From contig JBBSXC010000003.1 of NCBI GenBank assembly GCA_038045945.1, forward strand, positions 128,001 to 192,000: DNA of 64,000 bases. The letters are read 5' to 3'. The number at the start of each line of letters is the position of its first letter. Within the stretch, counting starts at the first letter, position 1. Below the pieces are notes generated by a model. That model ran no database searches, had not been told where the DNA came from, and saw only the letters and a program-made list of their open reading frames with translations. Positions 57,803-64,000 of the stretch are shown piece by piece. Source of the DNA: Nanobdellota archaeon. GTDB lineage: Archaea; Nanobdellota; Nanobdellia; Pacearchaeales; GW2011-AR1. The position numbers were made by a program, and so were the translations under genes.

Positions 57803-58480
57803 TTATGATTTATCCTTTATTTCTCTAACAACGCCCATTATTTCTGAAGAAAAATCGCCAGGGCCTATAGCAATAACTTTACTATCACCCTTAACATAAG
57901 CGGATAATAACTCTTTGTTTACACGACTATTAACATAACCCTTAACTTCTTGACGAGTTATAAGGAGAACAAGATTTTTAGGGCATGAGGAAAAAATACT
58001 TTTTATTTCATCTTCCAAAATAATATCTTCTTTAGTCTTATTAGAATAAATTAACACAACATTTTTTATTTCATTTCCCCTATCGTCTTTAAGACTTCTT
58101 AGCAGAGATAAAAATTTAGTTATCCCCGAACCAGCAGCTATGAATAAATGATTATTGTACTTTTCAGGCTTATAATCAAGATTGCCAAATGGCCTGCTAA
58201 CAAGTAAATAATCACCAATTTTTAGTTTGTCCATAGCCTTAGTAACCCCCTCTCTCTCATTATAGATCTTAATTATTAATTCTAAATAGTTATCATTAGG
58301 CTTTGATGAGATAGTAAACTCTCTAGGTTTATCCCTCCAAGAATCATCATCAATAGCTGTAAACATTGATTGTCCAGAAACAAAAAAGTAGTTTTCAGGC
58401 TTTTCAATTATGAAACTCTTAGTATCATGAGTAAGACTCTTTATGCCTAAAATCTTAACTTTTCTTAGTATTATATCCAT
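57803..58480 (-). CDS. FAD/NAD(P)-binding oxidoreductase (FNR-like)
   Basis: REFTISS, GVT, PFG, FIAAGSGIT, YSNKT. Confidence 0.88.
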   Translation of the reverse strand: MDIILRKVKILGIKSLTHDTKSFIIEKPENYFFVSGQSMFTAIDDDSWRDKPREFTISSKPNDNYLELIIKIYNEREGVTKAMDKLKIGDYLLVSRPFGNLDYKPEKYNNHLFIAAGSGITKFLSLLRSLKDDRGNEIKNVVLIYSNKTKEDIILEDEIKSIFSSCPKNLVLLITRQEVKGYVNSRVNKELLSAYVKGDSKVIAIGPGDFSSEIMGVVREIKDKS

Positions 58481-58600
58481 GATTTTAAAATAATGAGAAC
58501 GAGTTATAAAACTATTGTTTTAAAAAATTCAAACAACTAACACCATTAAGAAAAATCCTTCATAAAAAAAACACAAAATAAAAATAAAAATTTTGTTTTT

Positions 58601-59362
58601 TTATTGAACTTCTCCTATTACTTGCTCAAGACCTGCAGGGCTATTAGCGCTTCTCTTACTGTTGTAAGGTACAGCTCCAGAAACTACTCCAGTCTTTCCG
58701 TTCTTATTATTAATAACGACAAAGTATGGTGTTCCTTGACCCCCAGCGATTATTGCTTCTTGAGTATCGCTTGAGACCTTATCAGCAGCTTCATCATTGT
58801 CAAGGCACTTGTTGAAAGTAGCAGTGTTTAATCCTACTGTTTCAGCATAAACCTTTAGTGATGAAATGCCTAACTTATCTTGATTTTCGAATAATAAATC
58901 ATGGTATTCCCAGAAATTATCATTACCTTGGTTGAATGCGCATAAGCTTGCCTCAGCAGCCTTTTGAGCGCTAGGGTGTATTTGTGTTAATGGGAATTGT
59001 TTAAAGACCAAATTAACATCACCATTCTTAAAATATTCGCTTCCTTTAAAATCAGATATTGGTCCTAAGTATGCTCTAGCACAGAAAGGGCACTCAAAAT
59101 CGGAGAATTCTACTATACTAACAGCAGCGTTAGCACTTCCAAGAACAGGGTCCTTGTCAGTTATACTAATTTGTAGTTCACTAGTATCAACACTTCCTGA
59201 ATCGTCATTATTACCAGGGTTTGATCCTCCACTCCACATTCCAAATCCTCCAGTAAATAGAGAAATAACGAATAATACTGCTAATACAGCAACAGCTCCT
59301 TTCCAAAGAGTGTCTTTCTTAATAGTTAAAGTTTCATTCTTATGTTGTTCGTGTTCAGTCAT
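58601..59362 (-). CDS. DsbA-family membrane-anchored thiol-disulfide oxidoreductase
   Basis: EFSDFECPFC, FPL..IH, GTP. Confidence 0.92.
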   Translation of the reverse strand: MTEHEQHKNETLTIKKDTLWKGAVAVLAVLFVISLFTGGFGMWSGGSNPGNNDDSGSVDTSELQISITDKDPVLGSANAAVSIVEFSDFECPFCARAYLGPISDFKGSEYFKNGDVNLVFKQFPLTQIHPSAQKAAEASLCAFNQGNDNFWEYHDLLFENQDKLGISSLKVYAETVGLNTATFNKCLDNDEAADKVSSDTQEAIIAGGQGTPYFVVINNKNGKTGVVSGAVPYNSKRSANSPAGLEQVIGEVQ

Positions 59363-59429
59363 TTGTATATTTTTTACCTCCTTTCAATAAATTGATCGTG
59401 ATAATAATTGTTAATAAGGCTTTAAATCA

Positions 59430-60059
59430 TTAACGCTTAACTGCTTTGTTATAATACTCATTAACTTTTTCCCAATTAATAATGTTAAAAAAAGCCTTTA
59501 TGTAATCAGCACGCATATTCCTATACTTCAAATAATAAGCGTGTTCCCATAAGTCTAAGCATAATACTGGTTGCTCTTTATTACTTATAGGGCTGTCTTG
59601 ATTAGCACTATTAGTTATTTCTAGTTCGCCTTGCGAGTTTACTACTAGCCAAGTCCACCCACTGCCAAAAAATGTGCTTGATGCAGTAGTGAACTGTTCA
59701 ACAAACTTATCTAAGTTGCCAAACTTTTTGTTTATTGCTTTAATAACATCTAAACTTATGCTTGGTTTTACATCTTTTCTTAGAATAGTCCAAAAAAATG
59801 CGTGGTTGTAGTGTCCCCCACCAAAATTCTTAATTCCCTTCAATGCATCCTTAGGAACTGTGGATAAATCTTTTAGTAAAGTGAAAGGGTTACTTCCAAG
59901 CTGATTTTTTTCTGATACTTCTCTAAATTTATCAGCGTAAGTTTTGTGATGTTTTCCATGATGGATTTTCATGGTTTCTCCATCCATGTAAGGCTCTAAA
60001 GCATCATAATTATAAGGTAAAGCTGGTAATTCGTAGTTTAGTTCTTCAACATTATACAT
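59430..60059 (-). CDS. sod: Fe/Mn superoxide dismutase (Mn-type residues)
   Basis: LPYNYDALEP, HHGKHH, GGGHYNH, NQD, DLWEHAYY. Confidence 0.96.
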   Translation of the reverse strand: MYNVEELNYELPALPYNYDALEPYMDGETMKIHHGKHHKTYADKFREVSEKNQLGSNPFTLLKDLSTVPKDALKGIKNFGGGHYNHAFFWTILRKDVKPSISLDVIKAINKKFGNLDKFVEQFTTASSTFFGSGWTWLVVNSQGELEITNSANQDSPISNKEQPVLCLDLWEHAYYLKYRNMRADYIKAFFNIINWEKVNEYYNKAVKR

Positions 60060-60166
60060 AGTTTACTCTTGAGCATTTTAGTTTATAAGGATTATGAAAG
60101 AAGAGTTTTTATTAGTATATTAACAAGTCAATAAATGCTTAAATAAGCAAATATTGTCATTTCTAG

Positions 60167-60556
60167 ATGGCTGACTCAAAATTTCAAGGAAAACTAGAAG
60201 ACTTACCAGCATATAGAGAATTTCCAAGAGCTGATGGAACTAAAGGCAGATATCATGCAGAAATATTTGAAACCGCAACAATAAGACTAAGAGAAGCACC
60301 AGGAGCAAGACATATTCCAGAAATTTATGTAGGAGTAATCGGACGTAATCCTAAAAGAGAAAGTTTATATCTAGCTACAGAATCAATGATAATAGGTGGA
60401 AGAAGATATGCTCACCCAACAGGAATAAGAGAAGTGCCAATTTTTGAAGTAGATTCGTACACAGTTATGGATGATAAATCCACAAGGACAGTACACCCCA
60501 TAACTACCGATGAGCTAAGAAGAAAAAGAAAAGAGTTTGTACCAGAAAAAGATTAA
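60167..60556 (+). CDS. hypothetical protein
   Basis: 129-aa ORF after CTTAAATA. Confidence 0.6.
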   Translation: MADSKFQGKLEDLPAYREFPRADGTKGRYHAEIFETATIRLREAPGARHIPEIYVGVIGRNPKRESLYLATESMIIGGRRYAHPTGIREVPIFEVDSYTVMDDKSTRTVHPITTDELRRKRKEFVPEKD

Positions 60557-60569
60557 TATTTTTTAAGAA

Positions 60570-60866
60570 TTATGAAAGAGAAACTATATCCTTCTGCTTA
60601 ATCTCTCTTTTATTCTCATAAATTATAGTATTTCCTCTGTTCATCCTTTTGATATTTACGAGAACTAATTTTTTATCATCTTCATAAATTTTCAGTATGT
60701 GAGTAGGAAGTATGGATTTATCCCCCGCCAGGTGTAATCTTATCTCTCTTAGCTCTATATCAAAATTTTTACCTTCAACTTCAAAGTTGCTATCTATAAC
60801 ACCATATTCTCTACCTTCAATTTTTATTTTACCACCAACTGGGCAAATTATCATCTTAAAACTCAT
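60570..60866 (-). CDS. hypothetical protein
   Basis: 98-aa ORF overlapping the ferredoxin stop. Confidence 0.5.
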   Translation of the reverse strand: MSFKMIICPVGGKIKIEGREYGVIDSNFEVEGKNFDIELREIRLHLAGDKSILPTHILKIYEDDKKLVLVNIKRMNRGNTIIYENKREIKQKDIVSLS

Positions 60867-61125
60867 CGTACTTTATTTTTACTTCTCCTTCCATTATTCT
60901 ACACTGACACATGAGTCTGCGATTCTCTCCCTCGTCTAAACCATAATCTTTTTCTTCAGGAGTTAGTGGCGAAAGGTTTTCTTCACCTTCTTCAATATTA
61001 GTAAGGCATGTACCACAAGTCCCACTTTCACAAGAAAATAAAACGCCAAGCTCGCCCGCGGCGTCTTTTATTGGTTCTCCATCAGGAACCTCAATTTCCA
61101 AATTATCATTCTTAAGAATAGCCAT
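60856..61125 (-). CDS. fdx: [2Fe-2S] ferredoxin
   Basis: CESGTCGTC...RLMCQ. Confidence 0.92.
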   Translation of the reverse strand: MAILKNDNLEIEVPDGEPIKDAAGELGVLFSCESGTCGTCLTNIEEGEENLSPLTPEEKDYGLDEGENRRLMCQCRIMEGEVKIKYDEF

Positions 61126-61131
61126 AGTTTT

Positions 61132-61755
61132 TTATTTGCAACAAGCACAACCCTCATTATTCATACTTGCAGTAATCTTAAAACCTTTGCTTTCACCATC
61201 GTTAGCGTAATCAATACTTATTCCAGAAAAATTATCTAAGTGATCCTTATTAAGAACGATTTTAACGCCCTCTTTAGCAGTATCAACAATAACATCATTC
61301 TTTGATGGTTTTGCTTCAAAACCTAAAGAGTAAAGGTTTTGGCAACAAGAATCTTCACTGGCACCATTAAAATTAATTCTTAAAAAAACATCTTTTTTAA
61401 GTTCCTTACTCTTACGAGACAAAATATCACTTAGCATAAGTAATGCTTGCTTACTAACTATTATACTATCATCTTCATCTTTTGATGATTCTTTCTTCTT
61501 ACTAACAACCTTGTTCATATCATCAACTAAAGAATTAATTATATCCTCATCAAAACCGTGGCCTTCACATCCTTGCTCAACAGTCTCAAACTGGTTAGCG
61601 TTACAACCAACACAATGAAGACCGTACTCTGTCATAACGTCTGAAAGCTCATCAATATGCTGGGGGAAACGTTTGAAAATATCACTAATGGTCCAATCTT
61701 TACCAATCCTTAATGATTTTACTTCTTTTTTAGAAAAACTTTTTTTATTAGGCAT
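61132..61755 (-). CDS. DUF1858 domain + IscA/HesB-like A-type carrier fusion
   Basis: YGLHCVGC...ETVEQGC.GHG; SCC..YSLGF, IDY...GFKI, C.C tail. Confidence 0.8.
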   Translation of the reverse strand: MPNKKSFSKKEVKSLRIGKDWTISDIFKRFPQHIDELSDVMTEYGLHCVGCNANQFETVEQGCEGHGFDEDIINSLVDDMNKVVSKKKESSKDEDDSIIVSKQALLMLSDILSRKSKELKKDVFLRINFNGASEDSCCQNLYSLGFEAKPSKNDVIVDTAKEGVKIVLNKDHLDNFSGISIDYANDGESKGFKITASMNNEGCACCK

Positions 61756-61760
61756 TATAA

Positions 61761-62465
61761 TTATCCTCCGTAATACTTCTCCATGTAGAATTTTATTAGT
61801 TCTTTAACTTTTGGTATGCAAGACTTATCACTAATACCCACTTTTGTTTTCTTCTGAACTGCTTCAAAATCTTGTGCTCCTTCAAGAACTGCTTCCTCAA
61901 TATCCTTATCAGTAATTTTAAGCACCATATCAATTACTTGAGCCCCCTCAACAACAATCCTGCTGTGCTGTTCTGTCTTCTTGAAATAATCATTAATAGC
62001 CTGACGTAAAGCCTTATCACCTAAGACTGAACAGTGGAATTTTCTTTGAGGCAAGTCACCAAGACGCTTTACTATATCCTGAGGCTTTATTTTAAGTGCT
62101 TGCTCCAGAGGCATACCACCATTCTCTGTTATCATAACAGTTAATATTGATGTGCTCGCTATTGCTGAACCACAACCAAAAGTTTTGAATAAGCAACCAA
62201 CAATTTTATCATTAGCAGTATCAACTTTTATCCACATATCCATCTTATCCCCACAAGCCGGAGAACCAACACTTCCATAACCGTTAGCCCCGAAGTCTTT
62301 TAGTTGCGATTCGCTTCGCAACAAGTTTCTTGGGTTGAAAAAGTGTTCCTTAACAGTATCAGTATAAAACCACCCCTCAGTTTTACCAGCCTCAACTTTT
62401 ACCTCAACATCCTTATGCCTCATAGGCTTAAACTCAACAAAAGTTTTTAATTCATCATCAATCAT
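61761..62465 (-). CDS. iscU: IscU/NifU-type Fe-S scaffold with C-terminal BFD-like domain
   Basis: EHFFNPRN, GSPACGD, FKTFGCGSAIAS, LP..K.HCSVLG. Confidence 0.92.
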   Translation of the reverse strand: MIDDELKTFVEFKPMRHKDVEVKVEAGKTEGWFYTDTVKEHFFNPRNLLRSESQLKDFGANGYGSVGSPACGDKMDMWIKVDTANDKIVGCLFKTFGCGSAIASTSILTVMITENGGMPLEQALKIKPQDIVKRLGDLPQRKFHCSVLGDKALRQAINDYFKKTEQHSRIVVEGAQVIDMVLKITDKDIEEAVLEGAQDFEAVQKKTKVGISDKSCIPKVKELIKFYMEKYYGG

Positions 62466-62467
62466 GA

Positions 62468-62821
62468 TTAAGCTAATACTCCCTCAAGTTTTGATTCTTT
62501 AATTGCTAAATTCATGCCGGCTCTTGAACAATATGCTCTTTCATATTCTTCTTTAAATCTCTCATCAACTCTTCCAAAATCTTTAAGATGTTCTTTAGTT
62601 CTTTTATAAGCTTCATATGTAGAAAAAGCATTTCCAAAAGCCCCAATTATTGTAATAACTAGTAACATTGTTGGGGGAGTACCAATAATAATTTTATTAA
62701 CAATTTTATCTTGTGATTCTACTAGATTATAACCAGTTATCCCTGCAGCTGAAGCAAGACCCAAACCCACCAGAGAACTTTTATTCTCCCAGGCACACTT
62801 AACATAATCTTTAACACTCAT
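62468..62821 (-). CDS. hypothetical two-TM protein between iscS and iscU
   Basis: 117 aa; start overlaps the iscS stop. Confidence 0.6.
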   Translation of the reverse strand: MSVKDYVKCAWENKSSLVGLGLASAAGITGYNLVESQDKIVNKIIIGTPPTMLLVITIIGAFGNAFSTYEAYKRTKEHLKDFGRVDERFKEEYERAYCSRAGMNLAIKESKLEGVLA

Positions 62822-64000
62822 TTTCCTATTGGTAAAACCTCATCCATTTTAAGATTAACAGGACTGATTTCTCTCAAACGTTCAATAATTCCAGGCAGAA
62901 CTTGGATAACTTTATCAATTTCAGCCCTAGTAGTTGAACGACCAAGAGTGAAACGAATACTACCATGAGCAACTTCGTAAGGCCGCCCGCACGCAAGAAT
63001 AACGTGAGAAGGATCCAGTGTTTTAGAAGTACAAGCACTGCCGCTTGAAGCACAAATACCAGCAACTTCATTCATCATAAGCATAATAGCTTCACCCTCA
63101 ACATCAATGAACGAAATATTAACATTATTACAAAGCCTCATAGTAGGATGACCATTAAGCATAGTTTTAGAAATCTTACTCATAAGACCCTTAATCATAT
63201 AATCCCTAAGTTCTGTAAGCCTCTTAACTTCAAAAGTTTTTTCTTCTTCAGCAATCTCTAAAGCTTTAACAAAACCCATAATGCCAGCAAGATTTTCAGT
63301 ACCACTACGAAGGCCTTTCTCCTGACCTCCACCAAACATAATAGGTTTAATCAAGACTCCTGTTCTAACATAAAGTATCCCAACACCTTTAGGACCGTAA
63401 AGCTTACTACCATTAAGAGTCATCAAGTCAACACCAAGTTTTTTAGTATCGATATCTAAGTATCCTGCTGCTTGACAAGCATCAGTATGGAAAAAGACTT
63501 TTCTTTCCTTACAAACCTTAGCCAGTTCGCTAATGTTATTCACGCTACCAATCTCATTATTAGCATACATTATAGTAACAAGTAAAGTATCATCCCTAAT
63601 AGCAGCTCTTAACTTCTCTGCGCTGACTATCCCAAACTCATCAACATCTAAATAAGTAATAGTAAATCCTGCAGTTTCTAAGTATTCACAAGTTTCTAAA
63701 ACAGCTTTGTGTTCAACTTTACTTGTGATTATGTGCTTCTTTTTACCATTAGCATAAGCTCTAGCAACACCCTGTAATGCAATATTGATACTTTCTGTCC
63801 CACTACCAGTAAAGATTACTTCACTAGCAGAACAATTAATAATTTTTGCCATTCTAGCACGAGCATCATCCAAAGCATTCTTACCACGTAAACCTATAGT
63901 GTTAAAGCTCCCAGGATTACCATACACTCCTTCCTTACCCATATACTTTTCCATCTCAAGAATAACTCGCTTATCAGTATAAGTCGTAGCTGCATTATCC
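62818..64000 (-). CDS. iscS: cysteine desulfurase (5' end beyond window)
   Basis: frame continues to window edge (DNAATT); GNPGS, FTGSGTE, HTDACQ, SKLYGPKGVG, SSGSAC. Confidence 0.96.
   Translation of the reverse strand, partial: DNAATTYTDKRVILEMEKYMGKEGVYGNPGSFNTIGLRGKNALDDARARMAKIINCSASEVIFTGSGTESINIALQGVARAYANGKKKHIITSKVEHKAVLETCEYLETAGFTITYLDVDEFGIVSAEKLRAAIRDDTLLVTIMYANNEIGSVNNISELAKVCKERKVFFHTDACQAAGYLDIDTKKLGVDLMTLNGSKLYGPKGVGILYVRTGVLIKPIMFGGGQEKGLRSGTENLAGIMGFVKALEIAEEEKTFEVKRLTELRDYMIKGLMSKISKTMLNGHPTMRLCNNVNISFIDVEGEAIMLMMNEVAGICASSGSACTSKTLDPSHVILACGRPYEVAHGSIRFTLGRSTTRAEIDKVIQVLPGIIERLREISPVNLKMDEVLPIGK

Noticed and set aside
1-64000. CRISPR array, rRNA, integrase or transposase
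   Set aside because: No regularly spaced repeat-spacer run, no long GC-rich rRNA-like tract and no recombinase or DDE catalytic motifs were recognised.

Overview
AT-rich, gene-dense chromosomal segment of an archaeon, most consistent with a DPANN lineage (Pacearchaeota/Woesearchaeota-like). Support: archaeal NusA, Dph5, TrmB, double-Lrp regulator, class III signal-peptide pilins, TATA boxes about 25 nt before many starts, CCA-less tRNAs and many orphan ORFs. Contents: IleRS, ArgRS, a stand-alone ThrRS editing domain, ThiI, three tRNAs, SRP RNA, scattered nucleotide-synthesis genes (purF, purA, pyrD), gpsA, MutS-like and XPD/DinG-like proteins, six type IV pilins plus ATPase/TadC, a copper-resistance cluster, oxidative-stress genes and an IscS/IscU operon cut by the window end. 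No CRISPR array, rRNA, integrase or transposase was seen. Most notable: (1) a Fic gene with an arm-type-like N-terminal domain, bracketed by repeated GGTGTCTAC boxes and followed by a synonymously recoded ghost of its own 3' end; (2) a tRNA-Thr with an A34 (AGT) anticodon; (3) two pilin genes sharing a 138-bp identical 5' block but with divergent heads; (4) an IleRS with a GVHH signature; (5) an atypical SRP RNA. All calls come from reading motifs by eye; no searches were run.
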